Positions 28,404-38,013 of a DNA stretch of 64,000 bases are shown here, in pieces (positions within the stretch are counted from its first letter, which is position 1; the number at the start of each line of letters is the position of its first letter). Position numbers and translations under genes: made by a program. This DNA is from an uncultured Gammaproteobacteria bacterium (GTDB lineage: Bacteria > Patescibacteriota > Microgenomatia > Levybacterales > UBA12049). Below the pieces are notes generated by a model, which saw only the letters and a list, made by a program, of their open reading frames with translations, ran no database searches and was not told the origin of the DNA. Location of the stretch: NCBI GenBank assembly GCA_964571255.1, contig CAZNAA010000001.1, forward strand, positions 423,674-487,673, written 5' to 3'.

Positions 28404-30098
28404 TCCGTACCTCTCAATCGATTCTGTTGGAGCAATTCCGTAATACTTTAGTATGCGATCAGTTATCTTGAAAAAGATGGGTGCTGCTGTTTCTGATCCA
28501 TAGATAGAACTTTGAGGACGATTCAGAACGACTAACATCACAAACTTTGGATCATCAGCTGGACCAAAACCAATGAATGAAGGAATGGTTTGATTAGGAT
28601 CATAATGTCCTTCAATTGGGATTTGAGCTGTTCCTGTTTTTCCTGCTATTCTGTAGCCTTTCACACTCGTCCATTTTGACTCACCATCTTTTACTGCTGA
28701 TACCATCATTTCTGTAATTATGTGGGCAGTTTGAGATGAGATCGGTTCGTTTAGCACTTTTGGTGGAATCTCAATCACATCTCCTTCTGGGGTTTCAATA
28801 CTTTTCACAACATGTGGCTCCATTCGTTTTCCTCCATTGGCAATGGCAGTAAAAGCGGTAAGAAGAGAAATAGGCGTAACAGAAATTCCCTGTCCAAAAC
28901 TAGCTGTAGCTAGATCAATCGGATACCACGAATCCCGCTCTCTTAAACCTGCTTTTCCTTCCCCTTCTAAATCAATCCCAGTTGATTCTCCAATGCCATA
29001 TTTTTTAAAGTAAGAAAGCATTCTATCTAGCTTCAAAAGTCTGCCTGCATAAACCATTCCTGTATTGTCAGATTGGACAATCACCTCAGTCATGGTTTTA
29101 TTGGGAACATATTTTCCATTCCAGGTTCGAATCTGATACTCTCCGATTTGAATAGGTCCTGCACAAATAGGACATTTGGTATCAGGTTTTACTAACCCTT
29201 CCTCAATGGCTGCTGCCATTACAAGAGGCTTAAACGTAGATCCAGGTTCATAGGTATCTGAGATAAAAGGATTTTTATATTCACTATCAGTGAATTCATT
29301 ATACGTACGAGGATCAAAGGTAGGAAATGCTGCTAGAGCAAGAATTCCACCTGTTTTTGGATCAATGGCTGCTGCCATGCCACTTTGCGCTCCATACCTT
29401 TCAATTCCTTTTTTCAACTCCTCCTCCATAAAAAATTGGATACTTCGATCAATGTGAAGGGTTAATGATCTTCCATCAATAGCCCCTGAAAAATCATTCA
29501 TCTTTGCTAAAATCGGTCTTCCAAACGCATCATGAACTTGTACAGCAATCCCACTTTTCCCTTTTAACTGCCTATCATAATATCCTTCAAGTCCAAAATA
29601 GCCTGTGTCTTCTCCATCTTCATTTTTTCCAACAAATCCAAGAAGTTTAGCTCCAATCGATGCCTCAGGATAAAATCGTACCGTCTGTTCCTCAAATCCA
29701 ACTCCTGGAATATCTAATTTGGCTACTTCTTGTTTCTTCTTTTCATCAATTCTAGACTTAATAGGAACCCAAAACCGATCTAAATCTAAAAGGGCACTAA
29801 TACTTGCTCTATCTACCTCTAAAAGTGGAGCTAAAAGCAATGAAGCTTTTTCTTTCTCTTCAATTTCTTTTGGATTAGCAAACACTTGATAGGTTATTCT
29901 ATTTCCTGCAAGAGAAAATCCATCAGATGTTTTTATTTCTCCACGAATCGGGGTAAGTTTTAATCGTTGGCCGTATTGAGATTCACCAATGGAGGTAAGC
30001 TCTGCTGCTCTGACGGTTTGCCAATACAATAACCGTACTGCAACGCAGAAGAACATGAAGAAAAAAGAACCTAAGACAAACGTGTAGCGCCATTTCAT
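28389..30098 (-). CDS. ftsI: Penicillin-binding protein 2/3-class transpeptidase (FtsI)
   Basis: An N-terminal TM segment is followed by the transpeptidase motifs SxxK (GSTFKP), SxN (QSDNTG) and KTG (GKTGTA). Its dcw position is after ftsL. Confidence 0.85.
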   Translation of the reverse strand: MKWRYTFVLGSFFFMFFCVAVRLLYWQTVRAAELTSIGESQYGQRLKLTPIRGEIKTSDGFSLAGNRITYQVFANPKEIEEKEKASLLLAPLLEVDRASISALLDLDRFWVPIKSRIDEKKKQEVAKLDIPGVGFEEQTVRFYPEASIGAKLLGFVGKNEDGEDTGYFGLEGYYDRQLKGKSGIAVQVHDAFGRPILAKMNDFSGAIDGRSLTLHIDRSIQFFMEEELKKGIERYGAQSGMAAAIDPKTGGILALAAFPTFDPRTYNEFTDSEYKNPFISDTYEPGSTFKPLVMAAAIEEGLVKPDTKCPICAGPIQIGEYQIRTWNGKYVPNKTMTEVIVQSDNTGMVYAGRLLKLDRMLSYFKKYGIGESTGIDLEGEGKAGLRERDSWYPIDLATASFGQGISVTPISLLTAFTAIANGGKRMEPHVVKSIETPEGDVIEIPPKVLNEPISSQTAHIITEMMVSAVKDGESKWTSVKGYRIAGKTGTAQIPIEGHYDPNQTIPSFIGFGPADDPKFVMLVVLNRPQSSIYGSETAAPIFFKITDRILKYYGIAPTESIERYGSPNR

Positions 30099-30376
30099 CG
30101 CCGAGCTATTGGTAATGGTTGAGAGATACTTACCTGTGTTTTAATATTAGTGTATCCAGCGAGTTTTGCCTTCTCATTTACATTCATAAGAGATGAAGCT
30201 TGAAGAATGTGCTCTTTAAGTTGGGTATTTTCCTTCTTATATGACTTAATCTCCTCTTGCATCTTAGAAAGAGTAATACCAGTAGTTGATAAAGAATTAG
30301 CAACAGATACGTGAATTACTGAAAGTCCAATAACTGTTAAAAACAATATAGCAATAAAAAAGATAGGTCTTTTCAT
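30095..30376 (-). CDS. ftsL: FtsL-like septum protein (single TM plus coiled coil)
   Basis: 93 aa with TM segment FFIAILFLTVIGLSVI and a heptad-like EEIKSYKKENTQLKEHIL. It lies between rsmH and ftsI. Confidence 0.5.
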   Translation of the reverse strand: MKRPIFFIAILFLTVIGLSVIHVSVANSLSTTGITLSKMQEEIKSYKKENTQLKEHILQASSLMNVNEKAKLAGYTNIKTQVSISQPLPIARR

Positions 30377-31254
30377 AATTTTTCAAAAACACGAAACTTA
30401 GCGCTTCGTGAACGACTATTTTTTCCCTGCTCTGACGACGTTGGTATTATTGGTTTTTTAGTAAGGATTTTCCCTTTGCCTTTATCTTCCCATTCATTAA
30501 ATGTCTGTTTTACAATCCTGTCCTCAAGTGAATGAAAAGAGATAATACCGACTCTCCCTCCACTTTTTAATATTCGAAAGATTTGTGACAATCCTTCAGT
30601 TAAAACATATAATTCATCATTTACAGCAATCCTAAGAGCTTGAAAGACCAAGGTTGCTGGATGAATGCCATCCTTTCTTGGAAGTGCTCTTTTGATCAAA
30701 TCTGCAAGTTCTGTTGTCCTTGCAATTTCTCTCTCACTTCGTCTCTTTACAATTGATTTTGCAATCCTTTTTGCAAAAGGTTCTTCTCCAAATCTTTCAA
30801 AAAGTTCAGCTAACTCTTTCTCTGTTAGTGCATGAATCAAATCTTTAGCCGTCACTCCTAAAGACAGATCCATTCTCATATCCAAGTTTCCTTCTTTTTG
30901 ATGGCTAAATCCTCTTTCCCCAGTATCAAATTGATGGCTTGATACACCTAAGTCAAGTAATACTCCATCCACTGTTTCAATTCCGTTTTTTTTCGCAAAT
31001 TCTTCTATTTTAGAAAAATTTCCCTTTACGAGTATTAAATTCTTTCCAAGCTCTGGATCTTTCCCAATTGTTTCTTGGACATACGCTAATGCATCATCGT
31101 CTTGATCAATTCCTAGTACTCTGGCTCCTTTTTGTAACAATTCTTTCGTATGTCCTCCACCACCCACTGTTCCATCAATAAAGACTTTCCCACCACTTGG
31201 TTGCAAAGCTTCTAGAACTTCCTGTAAAAGAACACTTACATGATAGTTACTCAT
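30373..31254 (-). CDS. rsmH: 16S rRNA m4C1402 methyltransferase RsmH (MraW)
   Basis: N-terminal HVSVLLQEVLEAL...DGTVGGGGHT, 293 aa, mraZ neighbour. Confidence 0.9.
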   Translation of the reverse strand: MSNYHVSVLLQEVLEALQPSGGKVFIDGTVGGGGHTKELLQKGARVLGIDQDDDALAYVQETIGKDPELGKNLILVKGNFSKIEEFAKKNGIETVDGVLLDLGVSSHQFDTGERGFSHQKEGNLDMRMDLSLGVTAKDLIHALTEKELAELFERFGEEPFAKRIAKSIVKRRSEREIARTTELADLIKRALPRKDGIHPATLVFQALRIAVNDELYVLTEGLSQIFRILKSGGRVGIISFHSLEDRIVKQTFNEWEDKGKGKILTKKPIIPTSSEQGKNSRSRSAKFRVFEKL

Positions 31255-31684
31255 GTGACACCCTCTCTGTGATTTTTTCAGCTACGCTTAAAATCACTTC
31301 TGATAATCCTTTCTCGTGCTTTTCCCATTCTTGTTTTGCCCATACTTCTACATACCTACTTACTCCAATAAACACTAATTCCTCTTTAATCTGGGCAAAC
31401 TCTTTTAAATATTCAGGAAGAATAAATCTACCTTTCATATCTAACTCCACCTCTGTTGCATTTCCAAACAAAAATCTCTGGATTTGTCTTGTGTGTATAT
31501 CCGTAAACGGTTTATCCTCAGTTCCCTCTAGAAGCGTTTTCCATTGCTGCTGTGACACAATCAAAAGGTTTCTGTCCAATCCCTTAGTAAGAAGTATTTT
31601 CTCGCCTAATTCTTCTCGAAACCTTTTGGGAAATGCTACTTGTCTTTTCTCACTTACTATTCCGTCGTGTCTTCCCAGTAACAT
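31247..31684 (-). CDS. mraZ: Transcriptional regulator MraZ
   Basis: 145 aa with two repeats of the DxxxR-type SpoVT/AbrB-like half (first repeat GRFILPEYLKEFAQI). It is the first gene of the dcw cluster. Confidence 0.85.
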   Translation of the reverse strand: MLLGRHDGIVSEKRQVAFPKRFREELGEKILLTKGLDRNLLIVSQQQWKTLLEGTEDKPFTDIHTRQIQRFLFGNATEVELDMKGRFILPEYLKEFAQIKEELVFIGVSRYVEVWAKQEWEKHEKGLSEVILSVAEKITERVSHE

Positions 31685-31803
31685 ATCCTACTTTTTCCTA
31701 CTTTCGCCTCTACAATCTATATTGAGGTCTGTGAAAAAAGAAGTCAATAAATTTTGTTAACAATTGCATATACGAAAATGGAAGAGAACGAGGAGAGTGG
31801 AGA

Positions 31804-32301
31804 TTAGAGAGTAATACTATCTTCTACTTGATAGACTTTTCCATCTTTTTTAGTTACTTTCAGAAGAATATTTACTTTTTCAACCCCTGCGTCAAACCGG
31901 CATTTTCCTGAAGAACAGGAACCTAATTCTCGGAATTCAGATTCATAAGAGTTACCAGTAACATCTGTTTCTCCTTCAAAGGCTTGAGTAATTTTCTGTC
32001 CTTCTTCTCCTGCAAAATCTCCCGAGGTCGGAACATCAGCGTCATAGGAAAATTCCCATGATAGCTTACTTACATCAGATAGCTTACTTGCCATGAGCTT
32101 CACTTTTCTCTTATCTGGAGAAAGAACGAGTTCTAGTCCAATATCTTCTGGATTTAATTTTTCAATAGGTTGGGAAAATTCATCATCATATAAAGATGGC
32201 GTAGCAGAGTTTGAACGGGAACGAGCAAAAAGAACCCCACCAACAAGTAAAAGAAGTACTACTCCAGCAACTATTCCATATAGAACTCTTTTATCTTTCA
32301 T
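31804..32301 (-). CDS. Hypothetical membrane-anchored/secreted protein
   Basis: 165 aa with N-terminal TM segment IVAGVVLLLLVGGVLFA. There is a CxxxxC pair near the C-terminus. Confidence 0.3.
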   Translation of the reverse strand: MKDKRVLYGIVAGVVLLLLVGGVLFARSRSNSATPSLYDDEFSQPIEKLNPEDIGLELVLSPDKRKVKLMASKLSDVSKLSWEFSYDADVPTSGDFAGEEGQKITQAFEGETDVTGNSYESEFRELGSCSSGKCRFDAGVEKVNILLKVTKKDGKVYQVEDSITL

Positions 32302-32312
32302 AGATTTATTGT

Positions 32313-32711
32313 TCAGGATTTTTTTCTTCTTGTCAATCTCCTAGGCGTACCATCTGTACCCGTAGAATCGGGGATAGTTGTATACCAGTAAATTCTAAAA
32401 GGTTTTCTTGGAACTGAACTGTCTTTACTTCGAAACTCATCATCCTGAGCACTATTAGCAACATCCTCTGCTTGCATTTGTTTTTCTATTCTTAATATTT
32501 GTTCTCCTTGTTGTGTGGGATCATTTGATAGGCCTAGTTCGCGGGCTAATTGTTCAATCTCTAGTTCATATTGACTTCTTAGCTCAGGTGAAATTGCTTG
32601 GGTTTCCCTTCTTGCATTTGCATTAAGAATAATTCGTCTAAGAAGAGCGATTTTAATATACTTTGACTCTACTTGTGGATTTGGATGAACTGATTCTGGA
32701 GAGGTAGCCAT
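32313..32711 (-). CDS. Hypothetical charged/coiled-coil protein (start moved to ATG at 32711)
   Basis: The track start at 32780 overlaps glyS by 68 nt. The in-frame MATSPESVH start abuts the glyS stop. No family recognised. Confidence 0.3.
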   Translation of the reverse strand: MATSPESVHPNPQVESKYIKIALLRRIILNANARRETQAISPELRSQYELEIEQLARELGLSNDPTQQGEQILRIEKQMQAEDVANSAQDDEFRSKDSSVPRKPFRIYWYTTIPDSTGTDGTPRRLTRRKKS

Positions 32712-32712
32712 T

Positions 32713-34140
32713 TTATAATTTTTCTTGAATACAAGAAGAAAGAGAAGAAATAGATACTCTCTCTTGCTGAGCTGTATCACGATATCTCACTGTCACAGTA
32801 TCGTCCTCAAGTGTCTGATAATCAATAGTCACACAATACGGAGTTCCTACTTCATCTTGATACAAATATCTCTTTCCAATATTTCCCCGATCATCCCAAG
32901 ATGTAGTCATTTTTTCATTAAGCATATTAAATACCTCTTTTGCCTTATTCACTACTTCCTCTTTATTGGAAACAAGAGGGAATACAGCAACTTTAGTAGG
33001 CGCAAGAGATGGAGCAAGCTTTAAAATTATTCTATTCTCTTCTTCAGTATACGCATCACAAAGCACCATTAACATAAGTCTATCGATACCTACTGCAGGT
33101 TCAATTACATGAGGAAGAATTTTTTCTTGGGTGTAAGGATCTTGAATGGTTAAATCTTTTCCAGAGTATTTCTCGTGCTGTGACAAATCATAATTTGTTC
33201 GATATGCTAACCCCCATAATTCTTTAAAACCAAATGGAAATTTATACTCTAAATCTTCTGTCCTTTTACTGTAAAAAGACCTTTCTTCATCAGTGTGTGG
33301 CCTCCATCGCAAATTCTCTTCCTGAACCCCTAATTTTTTTGTAACAAACGTATGCATCTGCTTTTTCCATTCTTCAAATAACTCTTCCCAGTTAGATTTA
33401 TTAGGATCGAAAAAGTACTCAACCTCTGCATTTTCAAAAACGAGTGTTCTAAAAATAGAGTTTCCTGGAGTAATCTCGTTTCGAAAACTCTTTCCAACTT
33501 GTGCAACTCCAAAGGGAAGTCTGACTCTTGTTGTATCAGTAATGTTTTTGAAATTCGTAAACATACCTTGAGCTGTCTCACCTCGAAGATATGCCAGGGA
33601 GTCATCTCCTGCTACGATTCCTAAATTCACTGGGAATAATTGATTGAACTTTCGAACAGGAGTCCAGTTGGTTTTTTTGCAGTTTGGACAAGAAATATGA
33701 AAGTCTGAGATAAAGTGATCAAGCTGTGAAAGGGATAACCCTTCCACTTTTCCTGTTTCAATTGATTTCTTAATTACTTCGTCATCTGACGTATTGTTCA
33801 TTTCCTCTTTATGAGATTCAATATAGTCCTCAATCAAATGATCTGCCCGCATTCGATGCTGACATTCTTTACAATCGACCAACGCATCTGCAAATCCTGC
33901 AGTATGACCAGAAGCTTCCCAAATTTTATGATGGGAAATAATACTGGCCTCAAGTCCGACCATATCGGGCCGTTTATGAACAAAATAATCCCACCATGCG
34001 TTTCGAATATTTCGGAGTAATTCTGCTCCTACCGGACCATAATCATACGTGTTTGCCACCCCTCCATAAAGATCAGACCCTGGAAAGAAAAATCCTCTCC
34101 GTTTTGCTAAAGAAACTACTTTTTCCATTACGTTATCCAT
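32713..34140 (-). CDS. glyS: Glycyl-tRNA synthetase, dimeric archaeal/eukaryal type
   Basis: Class II motifs and the N-terminal RRGFFFPGSDLYGGVANTYDYGPVG block. The track start at 34242 is GTG and has a non-conserved leader, so the ATG at 34140 (MDNVMEKV) or 34128 is preferred. Confidence 0.85.
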   Translation of the reverse strand: MDNVMEKVVSLAKRRGFFFPGSDLYGGVANTYDYGPVGAELLRNIRNAWWDYFVHKRPDMVGLEASIISHHKIWEASGHTAGFADALVDCKECQHRMRADHLIEDYIESHKEEMNNTSDDEVIKKSIETGKVEGLSLSQLDHFISDFHISCPNCKKTNWTPVRKFNQLFPVNLGIVAGDDSLAYLRGETAQGMFTNFKNITDTTRVRLPFGVAQVGKSFRNEITPGNSIFRTLVFENAEVEYFFDPNKSNWEELFEEWKKQMHTFVTKKLGVQEENLRWRPHTDEERSFYSKRTEDLEYKFPFGFKELWGLAYRTNYDLSQHEKYSGKDLTIQDPYTQEKILPHVIEPAVGIDRLMLMVLCDAYTEEENRIILKLAPSLAPTKVAVFPLVSNKEEVVNKAKEVFNMLNEKMTTSWDDRGNIGKRYLYQDEVGTPYCVTIDYQTLEDDTVTVRYRDTAQQERVSISSLSSCIQEKL

Positions 34141-34199
34141 ACGAGGTAATGATAGCAGATTAACCTTGCAAGAACAAAAACTTATAGTATAATACCGGG

Positions 34200-34814
34200 A
34201 TGGAACAATTTTTAGGTAGATTTGATCACGTTCCAAATGCACCCCGTTTTGACCAAGTCGTTTCCTATCATGAAATAATCGTCGCTGGTTTAATGAATGC
34301 TGAAGTCACTCTAAACAAGGAGATTAATAATCTAGCTCAGTGTTATGACGAGTTAGTAGGTTCTGGAATCGTTACTGTTGTTGCCCCTTATCTTTCTGAA
34401 CTATCGAAATTTGGTATTTCATTAAACGCTGCGACACGTCATCTTAAAGATATACAGTTTAATCCTTTTATTGCCCGTAAAGTATATGGTCAAGGAGAAG
34501 TAGTTGAAACTTTTGTAGTTCTTCCACAAGGACTCCCCGAGATGGTAAAAGTATCCCCTATCCAAGTGTTAGGAAACTTTACGAGAATGATGAGTAGACT
34601 TAAAGATAGCTTCTCTGAATATTCTAAGAGGGAAAAACGCTTAAATATATATATTCAACATATGCGTAATAGAGAAGAAGCTTATGAGAGTGAATTAATT
34701 AACACTTTCAGAGTAGATCCTAGTGATCTAACTCCAAAACAACGTGCAACTTTAAACTATTACCCTACTGGACTTTATGGGTTACATCCAGGAATTCGCT
34801 ATCCTGGAAGATAG
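34200..34814 (+). CDS. Hypothetical protein
   Basis: 204-aa ORF with a real ATG and no recognisable family. It is divergent from glyS. Confidence 0.3.
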   Translation: MEQFLGRFDHVPNAPRFDQVVSYHEIIVAGLMNAEVTLNKEINNLAQCYDELVGSGIVTVVAPYLSELSKFGISLNAATRHLKDIQFNPFIARKVYGQGEVVETFVVLPQGLPEMVKVSPIQVLGNFTRMMSRLKDSFSEYSKREKRLNIYIQHMRNREEAYESELINTFRVDPSDLTPKQRATLNYYPTGLYGLHPGIRYPGR

Positions 34815-34815
34815 T

Positions 34816-35361
34816 TTATACCTTGGCAAAAATTCTTCTAGATTTGAGTCTTCGTTCTAAAAGAGACTCAATATAGAGTTCTGTATCTACTTCTTTTTCT
34901 GCATAGTCTCTCTGTTTAGAGTTCCAAAACCCAAGAATGGTTAACAGTGCTACTTCAAAATTTCGAACTAAAAGAGCAGAGTTATCCTCAGTTAGTTTTG
35001 ATAAGGTTTCAAAAAGAAGTGTGTAGATATCAGGATGGACTTCCTCTTCAGGACACAACCCATCTATGACCTCACAGAGGTGGTAAGCAAGTCCTACTGA
35101 TGAGAGATCTTCTTTGATATTACTAAAGATTTCATGAGAGTTTACTTCAACCAATACAGGCATTCCTTTGCCTTTATAGTAAGAAAGAGATATGTGATTC
35201 AGAAGCTCAACGTGAGGAGACCTTTTACTCGCAATTTTTCGAACTCCTTGGGCTTTTAACTGAAGTTTTCCATATTCTCTGGTAAATACAGTAATAAACT
35301 TATCTGTTTCACCACTATCACGACGTTTGATGACAATACCTTCTGCCTTGTGAGTTCTCAT
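34816..35361 (-). CDS. recO: DNA repair protein RecO (short form)
   Basis: The N-terminal OB fold AEGIVIKRRDSGETDKFITVFTREYGKL matches RecO. At 181 aa it lacks a long C-terminal domain. Confidence 0.65.
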   Translation of the reverse strand: MRTHKAEGIVIKRRDSGETDKFITVFTREYGKLQLKAQGVRKIASKRSPHVELLNHISLSYYKGKGMPVLVEVNSHEIFSNIKEDLSSVGLAYHLCEVIDGLCPEEEVHPDIYTLLFETLSKLTEDNSALLVRNFEVALLTILGFWNSKQRDYAEKEVDTELYIESLLERRLKSRRIFAKV

Positions 35362-35366
35362 GAAGA

Positions 35367-37310
35367 TTACAATTTTATCTTAAGTTCTGTATCGGTGAGG
35401 AGTTTGAATGGATCTCCACTTCGTCCTTTAACAACGGTTGTATACTCTGGCTCATCACTTCCTGGTTGTTTCTGGATCAGTACAGGAACTTCAGTTCCGT
35501 TAGGAACCGTGAAAGGAAGTTTATAAGCTATAGTGATCTTGGCTTTTCCTTCTGGTCTGACGGTTAAGAATCCTTCAATAACGGTTTTTCCAAGTTCCTC
35601 ATAGGACAGGAGTTTTACTTGAGAGCCTTTGGACTTATCTTGAATAATTTCACTACCTTTGGGAACATAGAGTCTGAGCCAGTTTCTGTTTTCTGCATTC
35701 AAACACAAATCTCCTCTTTCTAAGTTACAACCTGAATGAGGTTGAGGATTTTCGTATTCAATTGTTACTGTTTTAATAATACTGTCCCCTTCTCTTTCAT
35801 ATTTATTCTCTACTTTTTGAGTAATAAAGAGATTTGATTTTGCTCCAGCAAAGTTGACATCATTAATATGTAAATAGTCTCCCTTGTCTTCAAAATCTTG
35901 AATTCGTCCTGCTGCATTTAGAGCTTCTACTCCTTGCTGAGCATCTTTATTGAAAAGATAAAACATCACGTGTTTTTGTTGTGCTTGAGTTAAACCTGAT
36001 TGAATGAGAGGCCCCCAATATTCTTTCGGAGATGAAGAAAGAGCTTTTTTCATGATTGCCTGGAGTAATTCTCCCAATAGTCCTTTTCGGTTTGTTTTAA
36101 TATAGTTCACTGGACGAGAGATATTATCCTCTAGCTCATAAATTACTTGAGGACAAGCATCCCAACATCGTGGATCTGGTTTAGTATTAAAAGTTAATCC
36201 ACCAGCACTTACCTCGTCATCCAATATTTTAATAGTTGAGACAAGAATATGGGTATCAAGAGCAATGATTCCATCAATGGCTACTTCTTGAGGAGATTTC
36301 TGATACATTTCATAAAAAGTCTTCATTGATTCAACGTAATCTGGGGACAAGTTACTATCTCTTAGATTAAAGGTAGATACTTTTGGAAGATATTGAGCAA
36401 TAGGACGAGGAGCTTTTGTTTTTGGAATCGTATTATCAAGAGCGTAAATATCCTCAGATTTGTCAACAAAAATATTTCCTTTATCTACTCTGAAAATGGC
36501 ATATGCTGTAATAAATCCACCTGTTGCCCGAAGTTCTGCATCATTTTGGAAGAGAACTAAGTATTTTTTCTCTTTTTTCTCTCCTAGTAACTCAGGAAGA
36601 ACTTTTACCAAAGGCCGTGCATCATTAACAAACGTTACTCCTTGATCTGTCAAGTCTCGAAGAAGAGTTAATTGCGTTTGTACTCTTTCTCCAAAAATCA
36701 ATTTAGGATAGTGTTTTGGGTTTACTTGATTTACTTCACTCTTAACAGTGTCTAAATGCTTAGCAATATCATCAATTCGTGGAGTAATCTTTCCTAATGT
36801 TAATACAGCAGTTCTAATTCTATCTTCTGCTGAACCTCCAACAAAGCTTCCTCCACCTTTTAATCCTAATACATCAGCATAAGGCTCTAAAGCTTTTATA
36901 GCAATTTCGGCACTATCTAGTCCGGCCGCTCCTGCCTTCATCATATGATCAGCATCGTTGTAATAGAAGTTAGCAACTGGAATAAGTTTTAAATAAAACA
37001 TAGATCCAAGTTTTTTCTGAGTATCAGAAAGAGCTACTTTGGTTTTTTGTAATTCAGTTGAGGCAAGACTAATATCTTGTTGTTTTAAGGCAGCAGAGAG
37101 GACTTTCGCTTGACGATAGGTAGTAATACCAGATTTATACAAAGCAAATGCTTGCATTCCAGTAAGTACACCAAATAACCCAAGAACGACAATTACTCCG
37201 ATTAAAATTTTCGTTGCTTTTTTAGATAATCTAAATTTTGATCGTCGCTTTGTCATAGGTGAGCTTATCTGGGTATCTTCAGGGGCATCTAGAACCTCAA
37301 TTTTTTCCAT
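35367..37310 (-). CDS. Large N-terminally anchored exported protein of unknown function (possibly DUF4012-like)
   Basis: 647 aa with a basic cytoplasmic N-terminus and one TM segment (ILIGVIVVLGLFGVLTGMQAFALY), followed by a ~580-aa ectodomain. The DUF4012 assignment is from memory only. Confidence 0.35.
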   Translation of the reverse strand: MEKIEVLDAPEDTQISSPMTKRRSKFRLSKKATKILIGVIVVLGLFGVLTGMQAFALYKSGITTYRQAKVLSAALKQQDISLASTELQKTKVALSDTQKKLGSMFYLKLIPVANFYYNDADHMMKAGAAGLDSAEIAIKALEPYADVLGLKGGGSFVGGSAEDRIRTAVLTLGKITPRIDDIAKHLDTVKSEVNQVNPKHYPKLIFGERVQTQLTLLRDLTDQGVTFVNDARPLVKVLPELLGEKKEKKYLVLFQNDAELRATGGFITAYAIFRVDKGNIFVDKSEDIYALDNTIPKTKAPRPIAQYLPKVSTFNLRDSNLSPDYVESMKTFYEMYQKSPQEVAIDGIIALDTHILVSTIKILDDEVSAGGLTFNTKPDPRCWDACPQVIYELEDNISRPVNYIKTNRKGLLGELLQAIMKKALSSSPKEYWGPLIQSGLTQAQQKHVMFYLFNKDAQQGVEALNAAGRIQDFEDKGDYLHINDVNFAGAKSNLFITQKVENKYEREGDSIIKTVTIEYENPQPHSGCNLERGDLCLNAENRNWLRLYVPKGSEIIQDKSKGSQVKLLSYEELGKTVIEGFLTVRPEGKAKITIAYKLPFTVPNGTEVPVLIQKQPGSDEPEYTTVVKGRSGDPFKLLTDTELKIKL

Positions 37311-37347
37311 ATATCCATCATATCCAAGGACGTTTTACTTTGTCAAA

Positions 37348-38013
37348 TTAATGAGCACCTCTTCCTGACAGAATAGCTAATGGAGTTTTAATCATAAGAT
37401 ATATATCATACCAGAATGAGCGTCTTTTTACATATTCAGCATCCATTTCAATCCGTTTATCAAAGTTAATTTGAGATCGACCCGAGACTTGCCAAAACCC
37501 AGTGAGACCAGGTTTTACTGATAACACAATTTTTACCGCATCTTTCGTATGAGGATATTTGTTCTGTTGCTCTTTAAGCTCGTCAGGATAATAGGCTCGT
37601 GGTCCTACGACACTCATTTCTCCTCTAATCACATTCACAAATTGAGGTATCTCATCAATCGAGTACTTTCGAATAAACTTTCCTACCCTGGTAACACGAG
37701 GATCATTAATTAACTTATAACTTCCTTTCTTATAATCTGCATAAAGCTTGGCAAATTCAGGATCTTCTCTTAAGAGAAGATGTGCATTTTGAATCATAGA
37801 ACGAAATTTATACATTTTAAATAATCGCCCACTTCTCCCCACTCGTTCAGGAGTATCTGCAAACACAGGACCTTCAGAATTCAATTTAATAGCTAAGGCT
37901 ACAAGGAGGAGGAGCGGAGAAAAGACGATGAGAAAAGCAGCAGCGAATGTGATATCCACTACTCTTTTCAATACTTCATAAATTGGATGTTTTTTGATAA
38001 CTGTGTATTCCAT
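37348..38013 (-). CDS. Polyprenyl-phosphate sugar-1-phosphate transferase (Bac_transf / WbaP C-domain type)
   Basis: Motifs PVFADTPERVGRSGRLFKMYKFRSM and KPGLTGFWQVSGRS; 221 aa with one N-terminal TM segment. Confidence 0.85.
   Translation of the reverse strand: MEYTVIKKHPIYEVLKRVVDITFAAAFLIVFSPLLLLVALAIKLNSEGPVFADTPERVGRSGRLFKMYKFRSMIQNAHLLLREDPEFAKLYADYKKGSYKLINDPRVTRVGKFIRKYSIDEIPQFVNVIRGEMSVVGPRAYYPDELKEQQNKYPHTKDAVKIVLSVKPGLTGFWQVSGRSQINFDKRIEMDAEYVKRRSFWYDIYLMIKTPLAILSGRGAH

Noticed and set aside
29118-29132. tRNA T-loop-like string aggttcgaatctg
   Set aside because: It lies inside the well-supported ftsI reading frame. No acceptor stem or anticodon arm can be built around it. It is a coincidental match to GGTTCGAATC.
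31685-31803. MraZ-box direct repeats upstream of mraZ
   Set aside because: Only a single GTGG-containing element (gagagtggag) is visible. No regularly spaced triplet of repeats could be confirmed by eye.
32713-34242. Longest-ORF version of glyS with a 34-codon N-terminal extension
   Set aside because: Codon 1 is GTG (read from the sequence). The leader MHLERDQIYLKIVPSRYYTISFCSCKVNLLSLPR is not GlyRS-like and overlaps the divergent neighbour. ATGs at 34140 and 34128 give the conserved start.
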